A stretch of 64,000 nucleotides of DNA from an uncultured Lutibacter sp. (GTDB lineage: Bacteria; Bacteroidota; Bacteroidia; Flavobacteriales; Flavobacteriaceae), in the NCBI GenBank assembly GCA_963933045.1, contig CAWVTS010000001.1, forward strand, positions 1,347-65,346, in the 5' to 3' direction. Made by a program: the position numbers and the translations under genes. Every line of letters starts with the position of its first letter. Position 1 is the first letter of the stretch. Positions 41,098-50,605 of the stretch are shown here, in pieces. Under the pieces are notes generated by a model. It saw only the letters and a list, made by a program, of their open reading frames with translations, ran no database searches and had not been told where the DNA came from.

Positions 41098-42957
41098 ATG
41101 AAATATTTACTATACATAATACTATTTGCTTTTATCTCTTTAGAAACTATTGCCCAAATTACACCACAACAAATGGTTAGTAAAATGGGTCGAGGAATTA
41201 ATTTAGGTAATGTAATGAGCGCTCCTGAGGAAGGTGATTGGGCTCCAGAATTTCAAGAAACATATTTTCAAGATGTTGCAGATGCTGGTTTTACAACAGT
41301 TAGAATACCTATTCGTTTTGACACTCAAACCACTCCCTTATCAAGTGTAACATATACAGATGGGAACGGTGATTACATTGGCTCACCAAGTGATTATAAT
41401 GTAAACACAAGTTATTTAGATAGAATAGAGCTGATAACAGGTTGGGCTATTAGTAAAGACATGGTTGCAATAATAGATGTTCATGGTGATCATTGGTATT
41501 GGGAAAGTTATGATTCTGGATCCGACTATTATAAAACAGGAAATGATAGGCTTGCTGCGGAAGATCGTTTTAGGGCTATTTGGATAGCGATTTCAAATCG
41601 ATTTCAAAATAAATCAGAAGATTTACTTTTCGAAATTATGAATGAAGCCTATTTTAGCATGTCAGCTTCTGAAGTTGATATTGTTAATGCGGATATTCTT
41701 TCAATAATAAGACAAACTAACCTAACGAGAAATGTCATTGTAAATGGAGGCGGATTAGGTTCATGGGAAGCACCTTTGCAAATGTCACCAAGTTTTATAA
41801 ATAGTGATCCCTACCTTATTGCAACATTTCATTATTATAAACCTTTCAGTTTTACAAGTTCATCAAAAGAACAATATAATGATTTTGATTGGGGAACCCC
41901 TATGGATAAAACATCAATAGATACTCACTTTGATGCAGTATTAGAATTGTCTGAAACTTATGATATACCTATTCTTTTAGGTGAATTTGGAGCTGATAAC
42001 GAAGGAGGTTATAATTATTTTAATGAAACTTACGGAGCTTTTGGCGGTCCAGACAACGCCTCACGAGTTGCTTATCATAAATATTTGGCAGAAGGCGCAA
42101 TTAGCAGAGGCTTTGCTTTTACAGCTTGGGATGCAGGTGAGAAATCTAATAAAGCCATCTACAAAGTTTCAGATAGAACTTGGGTAGAAGATGTTAGAGA
42201 TGCTTTGTTAGGTACAACAGCAACCTGCACAACATCAGGAATTATTTTAAATGCAGATGTGGAATGTGGTTTTGATCAAGATTGGAATTTTTTAGTGCAA
42301 ACTCCAGCCGCAGCAACTAACTCTGCTTCAGGAGTTCTAGATGCGAATAATGGTGGCATTGCTATGCAAATAGATGTTACTGTATCAGATGCGCTTCACA
42401 AAGTTTTATTGCGTAATGTAGAAGTAACAGATTCAGCATTGGCAGAAAAAACATTTACCTTTAGTTTATATGCTAAAGGAAGTGCAAATACCGAAGAATT
42501 TAAAATACGATTAAAAGCAACAGATAATGTTGGTGAAGAATCATTTAATGCGTCACCAATATTCACACTGACTTCAAGTTATCAGTTGTTTGAATTTGAA
42601 TATACAGTTGCTGCTAATACTTCTTCCTTAGAGTTTCAAATAATTTGCGGTAATAAAACGGGAACCTATTATTTTGATGATTTTTCTGTAACAGAAGAGA
42701 CATTAAGTATATCAGACTTTAATGCTGAAAATAAAATTGTAGTTTATCCAAACCCAGCGAGTAATTACATAACAATTAATGCTCAAGAAAATATTAAAAA
42801 AATTGAATTATATGATATTAAAGGAATGTCATATAAAATAAACCTTACTAATAACTCAATTAAATTGCCAAATGTTGATAATGGTATATATTTTATTAAA
42901 ATCATATTTAATAATAATAAAACGAGATATAAAAAATTACTAATTCACAATAACTAA
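41098..42957 (+). CDS. GH5 endo-glycanase + CBM-like domain + T9SS C-terminal domain
   Basis: MGRGINLGN, VRIPIRF, IIDVH, acid/base FEIMNE, ATFHYY, nucleophile LLGEFG; CBM4/9-like module; CTD VYPNPASN..GIYFIKI. Confidence 0.9.
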   Translation: MKYLLYIILFAFISLETIAQITPQQMVSKMGRGINLGNVMSAPEEGDWAPEFQETYFQDVADAGFTTVRIPIRFDTQTTPLSSVTYTDGNGDYIGSPSDYNVNTSYLDRIELITGWAISKDMVAIIDVHGDHWYWESYDSGSDYYKTGNDRLAAEDRFRAIWIAISNRFQNKSEDLLFEIMNEAYFSMSASEVDIVNADILSIIRQTNLTRNVIVNGGGLGSWEAPLQMSPSFINSDPYLIATFHYYKPFSFTSSSKEQYNDFDWGTPMDKTSIDTHFDAVLELSETYDIPILLGEFGADNEGGYNYFNETYGAFGGPDNASRVAYHKYLAEGAISRGFAFTAWDAGEKSNKAIYKVSDRTWVEDVRDALLGTTATCTTSGIILNADVECGFDQDWNFLVQTPAAATNSASGVLDANNGGIAMQIDVTVSDALHKVLLRNVEVTDSALAEKTFTFSLYAKGSANTEEFKIRLKATDNVGEESFNASPIFTLTSSYQLFEFEYTVAANTSSLEFQIICGNKTGTYYFDDFSVTEETLSISDFNAENKIVVYPNPASNYITINAQENIKKIELYDIKGMSYKINLTNNSIKLPNVDNGIYFIKIIFNNNKTRYKKLLIHNN

Positions 42958-42980
42958 ATATTAACTTTAAATTAAATATA

Positions 42981-44270
42981 ATGAAGAAAATTACTTTACT
43001 CGTATTACTAATTTCAACTGTCTTTACAGGATTTGCACAAGATGTTGAGTACAACTTTAATACTGATGGAGATAACGAAGGGTGGGAGGCATCTGGAGTT
43101 AATCTTACAACTGCTAGTGGAATTATGAATGTAGAAATTATTTCTCCTACTAATGGATTCCAAGGAACAAGAAGCTCTGACGCTTTGGCATTAGCAGAAG
43201 CCAATTATTTAACGTTAAGAATTGTTGTAGAAAACAATGTTTTACTTGTAGATGGTACAACTCCTGTAACTGCTTTTCAGATTATTAATTATGATACTGG
43301 TTCTACTAGTATTGGAGATGCAGTAAAAACAGATGTAACTATACCTGCTGGCGGTTATAATACAATGGATATAATGATACCAAGCAATCCAGATAATAGT
43401 GGTACTATAGATAGATTAGGACTTAGAATAAAGTCAGGGGCAAATACATTAGATGCATCATCAAATTTTAATTTAGATTCAGCTATTATTCTTTTTTCAG
43501 GTACAGTAACTTCAACGTTTAGCGGATTTGTTCAAAACCCATGTTTTGAAAATGTTACAGGTGATATTGCCCCTTGGGTAGTTACAGGTGATGGTACTAG
43601 TTCACTTTCTACAGATGCAAGTGTTGGTGCACAAGCAGTAAAAGTTGATTTAACAGGAACTTCAAATACATTTTTGGAAAATGGTTATACTTGGGCTTTT
43701 GATTCTCCTCAAGTTGTTGCTTCTACTGGTGACCAAGTAACAATTACTTGGGATATGAAATCGAATAGTACTGCTCTTAAAGTTGCTGGGAGATTTATTT
43801 TAGGAGGGGCAGAAAATCAAGTTTTGGTTACTGCTGCAAAGAGTGTCACTGTTGCTGACACATATGAATCATTTAGTGTTACAAAAGTATTAGATGCACA
43901 AGATGGAAATTTTTATGATAATATCAATTCATTAAGTTTTAGAATTCAACTTGGTGAAGTAGGTGATTATGTATTTATTGACAATGTTACTACAACTGTT
44001 ACTATTAATGGTGCAGTTCTTAATGTTGAAAAGAATGGTTTAGAATCTTTTACAATGTATCCAAACCCAGTAAATGACATTTTGAATATTATTAGTGTAA
44101 ATGATATAAATGAAATTAAAATATTTGATATGACAGGTAAAAATGTATATGCTAGAAATGAAATTGCTAATAATCAAATTAATGTATCATCATTAAATCC
44201 TGGAATTTATTTTATAAAAATAAAAGACATTAATAATTCAATATCAACAAAAAAATTAATTAAAAATTAA
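42981..44270 (+). CDS. T9SS-secreted non-catalytic protein with CBM-like domains
   Basis: Signal peptide; YNFNTDGDNEGW, QNPCFEN..WVV (CBM-like starts); CTD FTMYPNPVND..GIYFIKI; no catalytic motif recognised. Confidence 0.7.
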   Translation: MKKITLLVLLISTVFTGFAQDVEYNFNTDGDNEGWEASGVNLTTASGIMNVEIISPTNGFQGTRSSDALALAEANYLTLRIVVENNVLLVDGTTPVTAFQIINYDTGSTSIGDAVKTDVTIPAGGYNTMDIMIPSNPDNSGTIDRLGLRIKSGANTLDASSNFNLDSAIILFSGTVTSTFSGFVQNPCFENVTGDIAPWVVTGDGTSSLSTDASVGAQAVKVDLTGTSNTFLENGYTWAFDSPQVVASTGDQVTITWDMKSNSTALKVAGRFILGGAENQVLVTAAKSVTVADTYESFSVTKVLDAQDGNFYDNINSLSFRIQLGEVGDYVFIDNVTTTVTINGAVLNVEKNGLESFTMYPNPVNDILNIISVNDINEIKIFDMTGKNVYARNEIANNQINVSSLNPGIYFIKIKDINNSISTKKLIKN

Positions 44271-44310
44271 TTTTTTTTGCTAGGAATTTAATGTATATTC
44301 TAAATAACAT

Positions 44311-44346
44311 AAAACTTCCTCTTTTTTACTAAAAGGAAGTTTTTTT
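44311..44346 (+). terminator. Rho-independent terminator
   Basis: aaaacttcct...aggaagtttt hairpin plus T-tract after the T9SS gene. Confidence 0.7.
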
Positions 44347-44378
44347 GTTAAAAATAATAACTAATCTATATTTTAATT

Positions 44379-45827
44379 ATGAGTAGCACATCAAACAAAA
44401 AAATAAACATCTATTTTATAACTATTGCAATTACACTTGGCGGTCTCCTTTTTGGTTATGATACAGGCGTAATTAATGGCACGCAATTTTTCTTCTCAAA
44501 GTATTTTGAATTAACAGGTTTTATAAAAGGTTTTATTGTAAGTAGTGCGCTCTTAGGAGCTTTAGTTGGTGCTGCAGGTTCAGGTGTCTTAAGTAAATCT
44601 ATAGGGAGAAAAAGTTCATTAATAATAGCAGCAGTTTTATTTGCTGTTTCGGCTTGGGGTTCTGGCTTGCCTAGTTTTATGGGAGATTCTATTAATTTAT
44701 TGGTATTCTTTAGAATATTGGGAGGTATTGCTATTGGTATTGCATCAATGAATGCGCCAATGTATATTGCTGAAATTGCGCCAGCTGAAAAAAGAGGAAC
44801 TCTTGTGACTTTTTATCAGTTAGCCATAGTAATTGGTTTCTTTGTAGTTTTTTTAGCGACCTATTTTATTGGAAATAATTTAACTGAAGCTCAAAACATT
44901 GAATATGGTTGGCGACAAATGTTTTGGTCAGAGTTAATCCCAGCTTTATTATTTTTAGCTCTTTTATTTTTTGTCCCAAAAAGTCCAAGATGGCTAATGG
45001 TTAAGGGTAGAGAAGATGAAGCTTTAAATATATTAACAAGAATCCATGGCGAAGATATTGCAAATAAAGAAATAGTAGAAATTAGAAATTCTATACAAAG
45101 TGAAAAGTCTAAAATTAAAGCCTCTATTTATGTAAAGCCTCTACTTGGAATTGTTGTAATTGGTACAATACTTTCAGCCTTGCAGCAATTTACAGGGATA
45201 AATGCAGTTTTATATTATGGTGCAGATATTTTTGAACAAGCTTTGGGTTTTGGTAAAGATGATGTTTTGAAACAACAAATTTTATTGGCATCCGTAAACT
45301 TAGTTTTTACCTTTATTGCCATGTTTACAGTCGATAAGTTAGGAAGGAAACCATTGTTAATTATTGGAGGTTTTGGAATGCTTATTGGTTTTCTATTGAT
45401 GGGATTCACTTTATATTTTAGTGATTATTCTAACATAAATGCTGCTGGTCTTCCCGCTTTATCTTCTTCCGAAGGAGTCGTTAGTTTAATAGGAGTACTT
45501 ATTTTTATTGCGTCTTTTGCTATGTCAATGGGTCCAGTTGTTTGGGTTATTCTTTCTGAAATATTTCCTAATAGAATTAGAAGTGTTGCTATGTCCATTG
45601 CTGTTGCGGTTCAATGGTTGGCTAATTATTTTGTATCCCAAACATTCCCTGTAATTGTAGAAAGCGATGCAAACAAGTTACAACTTGATGGGGGAACTTG
45701 GAATAATGCACTTCCATATTTTATTTTTTCAACTTTTATAATCATAATAATCCTTTTTGTTTGGAAATATATCCCAGAAACTAAAGGTAAAACTTTAGAA
45801 GAAATGGAAACCTTATTTGAAAAATAA
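44379..45827 (+). CDS. xylE: Sugar porter MFS transporter (XylE-like)
   Basis: LGGLLFGYDTGVING, PMYIAEIAP, FVPKSPRWL, QQFTGINAVLYY, SMGPVVWVILSEIFP, PETKGKTLEE. The substrate is not certain. Confidence 0.85.
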   Translation: MSSTSNKKINIYFITIAITLGGLLFGYDTGVINGTQFFFSKYFELTGFIKGFIVSSALLGALVGAAGSGVLSKSIGRKSSLIIAAVLFAVSAWGSGLPSFMGDSINLLVFFRILGGIAIGIASMNAPMYIAEIAPAEKRGTLVTFYQLAIVIGFFVVFLATYFIGNNLTEAQNIEYGWRQMFWSELIPALLFLALLFFVPKSPRWLMVKGREDEALNILTRIHGEDIANKEIVEIRNSIQSEKSKIKASIYVKPLLGIVVIGTILSALQQFTGINAVLYYGADIFEQALGFGKDDVLKQQILLASVNLVFTFIAMFTVDKLGRKPLLIIGGFGMLIGFLLMGFTLYFSDYSNINAAGLPALSSSEGVVSLIGVLIFIASFAMSMGPVVWVILSEIFPNRIRSVAMSIAVAVQWLANYFVSQTFPVIVESDANKLQLDGGTWNNALPYFIFSTFIIIIILFVWKYIPETKGKTLEEMETLFEK

Positions 45828-45847
45828 TACTAAAACAGAAATTAATA

Positions 45848-46092
45848 ATGAAATTTAAAAAGTAAAAGAAGTATACCTGTTTTTAACAATCAATTTAATG
45901 ATAGTGAAGGAAGAGATGTTGCCATAACTTGGATATAAAGAATTTTGTTGAGATGGATAATAACGATGGAAGTGTTAAAAAAGAATATGAAGAAATTGAT
46001 GGTGAAGTTAGTTGGGTAATATGGTGGGCGAATTGGATGAGATAATATTGAGTATTGATAGACAATTTTGGAGAGTTAACATTGCTAAGTAA
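45848..46092 (+). pseudogene. Multiply frameshifted coding-like remnant
   Basis: Purine-rich GAA/GAT codon runs can be joined across about three 1-nt shifts: MKFK/SKRSIPVFNNQFNDSEGRDVAITW/KNFVEMDNNDGSVKKEYEEIDGEVSW/GNMVGELDEIILSIDRQFWRVNIAK*. Confidence 0.35.
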
Positions 46093-46633
46093 AGAATAAG
46101 AGCACATATAAATAATAGAAGTAAAATTACGTTTGTTTACCCCTATACTATTTTATATGCCGGGTTTAATTGACAAGACATTATAGATGGTTCTGGCCTT
46201 TTTCTTTACCATATCTAAATCAGCCCTAAGAAAACGCCCCCTTAATTTTTAGGTCATTTATAACAAAATTTTTATTAAGCATATGTTTTTTGAAGTATGG
46301 GGTATATGTGAAATCAAATGTTTCACACAAATAATAATTAGTTAGGCAATAGTTATTTGTATTTCGGTACCAATGCGATTTTGGACTTATATTTATTTTA
46401 TCTTCTCCATATTGGGCACAATGGTGATATTTTTATTCGGCAGTTATTTAATAAATAATTGAATTCAAAACACTTTGTCAAAAGAATGTTTTTTATATTT
46501 TTGTTTCTTTGTATGTTATTATAACTTAGATATAATTACTGAAGGATTGATTTTTTATAGGTCTGAAAAATAAATTTTGTTAAAAATTTAACTATTAAAC
46601 ACGAGATTCTATCTATCTTCGTACGGTTAAAAA

Positions 46634-47059
46634 TTGATGAAGAAACAAGAAAAATACGATAAAGCATATATAAAAATGGCTCAGGAGTGGGCCAAGTTAT
46701 CATATTGTGAAAGGAAAAAAGTTGGAGCTTTAATAGTAAAGGGAAGAATGATTATTTCTGACGGATTTAATGGAGCGCCAACCGGCTTTGATAATTGCTG
46801 TGAAGATAAAGAAGGAAACACTAATTGGTATGTTTTACATGCCGAGGCAAATGCAATTTTAAAAGTAGCTAGTTCGACACAATCATGTAAAGGAGCTACA
46901 TTATATATTACACTTTCTCCATGTACAGAATGCAGTAAGTTGATTCATCAATCTGGAATAAAAAGAGTTGTCTATTCAAGAGCATATAAGGACTCTACAG
47001 GACTAAAATTTTTGGAAAAAGCAGGTGTTGAATTGACATATTTAAATACAGAGAAATGA
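46634..47059 (+). CDS. dCMP deaminase family protein
   Basis: Zn motifs HAEANA and SPCTEC; VGALIVK..ISDGFNG. Confidence 0.93.
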   Translation: MMKKQEKYDKAYIKMAQEWAKLSYCERKKVGALIVKGRMIISDGFNGAPTGFDNCCEDKEGNTNWYVLHAEANAILKVASSTQSCKGATLYITLSPCTECSKLIHQSGIKRVVYSRAYKDSTGLKFLEKAGVELTYLNTEK

Positions 47060-48645
47060 AAGTGAAGTCATATTTACCAATTTATTTAGGAGTTGCGATT
47101 GCAATTGGAATTTTGATTGGGAGTTTTTTTAATTTTAAAAATAGAACAAATTCAATTTTTAAGTCTAATAGTGAAGAGGCTAAAATAAAGAGACTAATTG
47201 ATTACATACAGTATGATTATGTAGATGATGTAAATACAGAAAACTTATTAGATGGTGCAATTGATCAAATTGTAAATAAGTTAGATCCTCACTCACATTA
47301 TTTTAGCAAACAAGATTTTGAAAGGGATAATGAACAAATGCAAGGAAATTTTCATGGAATTGGAGTTCAATTTGTTATTCATAATGATTCTGTTGTGATT
47401 ACTAAAATATTGGATGGGGGGCCTAGTAAAAAGGTTGGGTTACAAGCTGGAGATAGAATTTTAAAGGCCGATAACGATTCATTGTCTGGGGTTAAAATCA
47501 CAAGTGAAGATGTTATGAAAATTTTGAAAGGCGATATAGAGACTAAAGTTAATTTATCTGTTTATAGACATGTTGAAGATAAATTTTTAGATTTTGAAAT
47601 AGTTAGAGGAGAAGTTCCAATAAGCAGTGTTTCTGCGAGTTATATGTTGAGTGATAAAATTGGTTTTATTAAAGTAGATAGGTTTGCGAGAACAACATAC
47701 AATGAATTTAAAATTGCACTAGATGGTTTAATTAGTAAAGGGATGGAAAAGTTAGTCTTGGATTTACGAGACAATCCTGGTGGCTTTATGGACATTGCTA
47801 ATAAAATTGCAGATGAATTTTTAGAAGACGATAAATTAATTGTGTTTACAAAAAACAAAAAAGGAGAAATAGATAAAGATTTTGCTACAGATAAAGGAGA
47901 GTTTGAAAATGGGCAAGTTTATATTTTGATTAATGAAAATTCTGCATCAGCATCAGAAATAGTTGCAGGCGCTCTTCAAGACAACGATAAAGGAACTATA
48001 ATTGGTCGTAGATCTTTTGGGAAAGGCTTAGTTCAACAAACTATGGGGCTAGGTGACGGTTCGGCTATTAGACTGACCACAGCGAGGTATTACACTCCTA
48101 CAGGAAGGTCGATTCAAAAACCATATGACTTAAATCACAATAAAGAATATAGAGAAAGTTTTAATAAGCGATTTGAAAATGGAGAGTTAGTTTCAAAAGA
48201 TAGTATCAAAGTAAATGACTCTTTAAAATACACAACACCAAAAGGAAGAGTTGTTTATGGGGGTGGAGGAATTGTCCCTGACGTTTTTGTTGCAATAGAT
48301 ACAACTCAATTCATTGAAAATAAATATGTAAATTCAAATTTATTAAATAGATTTTCTTTTGAATATGTAGATACGAATAGAAAAGTATTAAAAAATATTG
48401 TTTTGCAAGATTTTATTTCTTCATTTGATCAAGAAGAAGAGGTTTTAAATGAGTATTTTAAAAGAATGGATATTGTTTTGCCAATATCAAACACTAAAAG
48501 ACAGGTTGTAAAAAGATATTTAAAAGCCAGTATAGCTCAAAACCTATTTGATGATAATGGTTTTTACAAAGCGATTCAAGCAAATGATAAAATGATTGAA
48601 AAAGTATTCTTTTTGGACAGTATCAATGATGAGCATTCAAACTAA
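47056..48645 (+). CDS. S41 C-terminal processing protease (PDZ)
   Basis: LDPHSHY, PDZ GIGVQF, LDLRDNPGG, SASASEIVAGALQD, GRRSFGKGLVQ. Confidence 0.95.
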   Translation: MKVKSYLPIYLGVAIAIGILIGSFFNFKNRTNSIFKSNSEEAKIKRLIDYIQYDYVDDVNTENLLDGAIDQIVNKLDPHSHYFSKQDFERDNEQMQGNFHGIGVQFVIHNDSVVITKILDGGPSKKVGLQAGDRILKADNDSLSGVKITSEDVMKILKGDIETKVNLSVYRHVEDKFLDFEIVRGEVPISSVSASYMLSDKIGFIKVDRFARTTYNEFKIALDGLISKGMEKLVLDLRDNPGGFMDIANKIADEFLEDDKLIVFTKNKKGEIDKDFATDKGEFENGQVYILINENSASASEIVAGALQDNDKGTIIGRRSFGKGLVQQTMGLGDGSAIRLTTARYYTPTGRSIQKPYDLNHNKEYRESFNKRFENGELVSKDSIKVNDSLKYTTPKGRVVYGGGGIVPDVFVAIDTTQFIENKYVNSNLLNRFSFEYVDTNRKVLKNIVLQDFISSFDQEEEVLNEYFKRMDIVLPISNTKRQVVKRYLKASIAQNLFDDNGFYKAIQANDKMIEKVFFLDSINDEHSN

Positions 48646-49381
48646 AATATACTTCGCTTCAGATCAACATCTAGGAGCTCCAACTGCAAAAGACAGTCTA
48701 GAAAGGGAACAAAAGTTTATCCGCTGGTTAGATATTGTTAAAGAAGATGCCGAGGCAATTTTTTTATTGGGCGATTTATTTGATTTTTGGTTCGAATATA
48801 AATCCGTTGTTCCTAAAGGATTTATTAGAGTTTTAGGTAAATTAGCTGAAATAAGAGACAGTGGAATTCAAATTCATTTTTTTGTTGGTAATCATGATTT
48901 ATGGATGAGAGACTACTTTCAGTCAGAATTGAATATTCCAGTATATCATCAACCAAAAGAATTTATATTCCACAACAAAACCTTTTTGATTGGTCATGGA
49001 GATGGATTGGGTCCTGGAGACAAAGGATATAAAAGAATGAAGAAGGTTTTCATAAATCCCATATCGAAATGGCTTTATAGATGGCTTCATCCAGATATTG
49101 GTGTGAAACTAGCACAATACTTATCTGTAAAAAACAAACTCATTTCTGGTGAAGAAGACGTTCTTTTTTTAGGAGAAGATCAAGAGTGGTTGGTGCAATA
49201 CGCCAAACGAAAATTAGAAGACAAACACTATGATTATTTTTTATTTGGTCATCGGCATTTACCAATGGAAATATCTGTTGGAGAAAATTCAAAATACATC
49301 AATACAGGAGATTGGATTACTCATTTCACCTATGCGGTTTTTGATTCAGAAGAACTTACCCTTAATACCTTTGAAGAATAG
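48626..49381 (+). CDS. lpxH: UDP-2,3-diacylglucosamine diphosphatase
   Basis: Metallophosphoesterase motifs ASDQHLG, LLGDLFDFW, VGNHD, HGDG, GHRH, NTGDW. Confidence 0.85.
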   Translation: MMSIQTKIYFASDQHLGAPTAKDSLEREQKFIRWLDIVKEDAEAIFLLGDLFDFWFEYKSVVPKGFIRVLGKLAEIRDSGIQIHFFVGNHDLWMRDYFQSELNIPVYHQPKEFIFHNKTFLIGHGDGLGPGDKGYKRMKKVFINPISKWLYRWLHPDIGVKLAQYLSVKNKLISGEEDVLFLGEDQEWLVQYAKRKLEDKHYDYFLFGHRHLPMEISVGENSKYINTGDWITHFTYAVFDSEELTLNTFEE

Positions 49382-49496
49382 CTGTTTTTAAAGGATTTTA
49401 AACATTTTTTAACCAATTTTTAACAACAAAAAATAAAATAATTGTGCTTCTTGCAATCTCAAATAAAGCATAGTATATTCACGCGTTTAAATATTA

Positions 49497-50507
49497 ATGA
49501 TGATAGAAGAAAATAATACAACAGTAGACATTAGAGCAATCAATGAAAAGATAGAAAAGGAAAGTGCTTTTGTTGATTTGTTAGTTATGGAAATGAATAA
49601 AGTAATTATTGGTCAGAAACATATGATCGAACGATTATTAATTGGATTATTAGGAAACGGACATATATTGCTAGAAGGGGTTCCTGGATTGGCAAAAACG
49701 TTGGCAATTAACACATTGTCTAAAGCCGTAAAAGGAGATTTTAGTAGAGTACAGTTCACACCAGATTTATTACCTGCAGATGTTGTTGGAACGATGATTT
49801 ATAACATGAAGGATAATGAGTTTTCTATCAAAAAAGGACCAATTTTCGCCAATTTTGTGTTGGCAGATGAAATAAATAGAGCGCCAGCAAAAGTGCAATC
49901 TGCATTATTAGAAGCAATGCAAGAGCGTCAAATTACTATTGGTGATACTACTTTTAAATTGGATGATCCGTTTTTAGTAATGGCAACTCAAAATCCAGTA
50001 GAACAAGAAGGAACATATCCTTTACCAGAAGCACAAATGGATAGATTTATGCTGAAAGTAGTGATTGACTATCCGAAAATTGAAGATGAACAGTTGATAA
50101 TGCGTCAAAACTTAAAAGGAGGTTTTGATAAAGTAAATGCAGTTGTTTCGTTGGCACAAATTAATAAAGCAAGAGAAGCCGCAAAAGAAGTCTATATGGA
50201 CGAGAAAATTGAGAAATATATACTTGATATTATTTTTGCTACTCGTTATCCAGAAAAATATAACTTACCAGATTTAAAGAATTTAATCAGTTTTGGAGCG
50301 TCTCCAAGAGGGAGTATTAATTTAGCAATTGCTGCAAAATGCTATGCCTTTATTAAGCGAAGAGGATATGTGATTCCTGAAGATGTTAGAGCAGTTGTGC
50401 AAGATGTTTTACGTCACAGAATTGGAATAACATACGAAGCTGAAGCTGAGAATATAACTTCAATAGATATTATCAATAAGATTGTAAACGAAGTAGAAGT
50501 ACCTTAA
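49497..50507 (+). CDS. moxR: MoxR family AAA+ ATPase
   Basis: GVPGLAKT, RVQFTPDLLPAD, LADEINRAPAKVQSALLEAM, ATQNPVEQEGTYPLPEAQMDRF. Confidence 0.96.
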   Translation: MMIEENNTTVDIRAINEKIEKESAFVDLLVMEMNKVIIGQKHMIERLLIGLLGNGHILLEGVPGLAKTLAINTLSKAVKGDFSRVQFTPDLLPADVVGTMIYNMKDNEFSIKKGPIFANFVLADEINRAPAKVQSALLEAMQERQITIGDTTFKLDDPFLVMATQNPVEQEGTYPLPEAQMDRFMLKVVIDYPKIEDEQLIMRQNLKGGFDKVNAVVSLAQINKAREAAKEVYMDEKIEKYILDIIFATRYPEKYNLPDLKNLISFGASPRGSINLAIAAKCYAFIKRRGYVIPEDVRAVVQDVLRHRIGITYEAEAENITSIDIINKIVNEVEVP

Positions 50508-50511
50508 AAAA

Positions 50512-50594
50512 TTGTCATTCCTGCGAAGGCAGGAATCTCTTGGAATAAAACTCAAGTCACGATTAAAAGATTCCTGCCTTCGCAGGAATGACAA
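50512..50594. repeat. REP-like doublet: perfect 27-bp inverted repeat, each arm itself a hairpin
   Basis: TTGTCATTCCTGCGAAGGCAGGAATCT (50512-50538) and its exact reverse complement (50568-50594), 29-nt spacer. Confidence 0.85.
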
Positions 50595-50605
50595 AAAACT
50601 AAAAT

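Larger units (their letters stand above)
17782..46100. mobile_element. tRNA-anchored accessory island (sulfated-glycan PUL); no integrase seen
   Basis: Catabolic cluster begins right after the tRNA-Leu 3' end and att-like hairpin, has gene debris at both edges and sits between core genes. No attR duplicate or recombinase found, so the boundaries are inferred. Confidence 0.45.

Noticed and set aside
46283-46462. Hydrophobic reading frame broken by one TAG (possible membrane-protein remnant)
   Set aside because: AT-rich DNA readily yields F/I/L-rich frames; no recognisable family motif.
45830-46630. Search for a duplicated tRNA-Leu 3' end marking the island's right border
   Set aside because: No CCCACCTTGAG-like or TGATTATCA sequence was found by eye.
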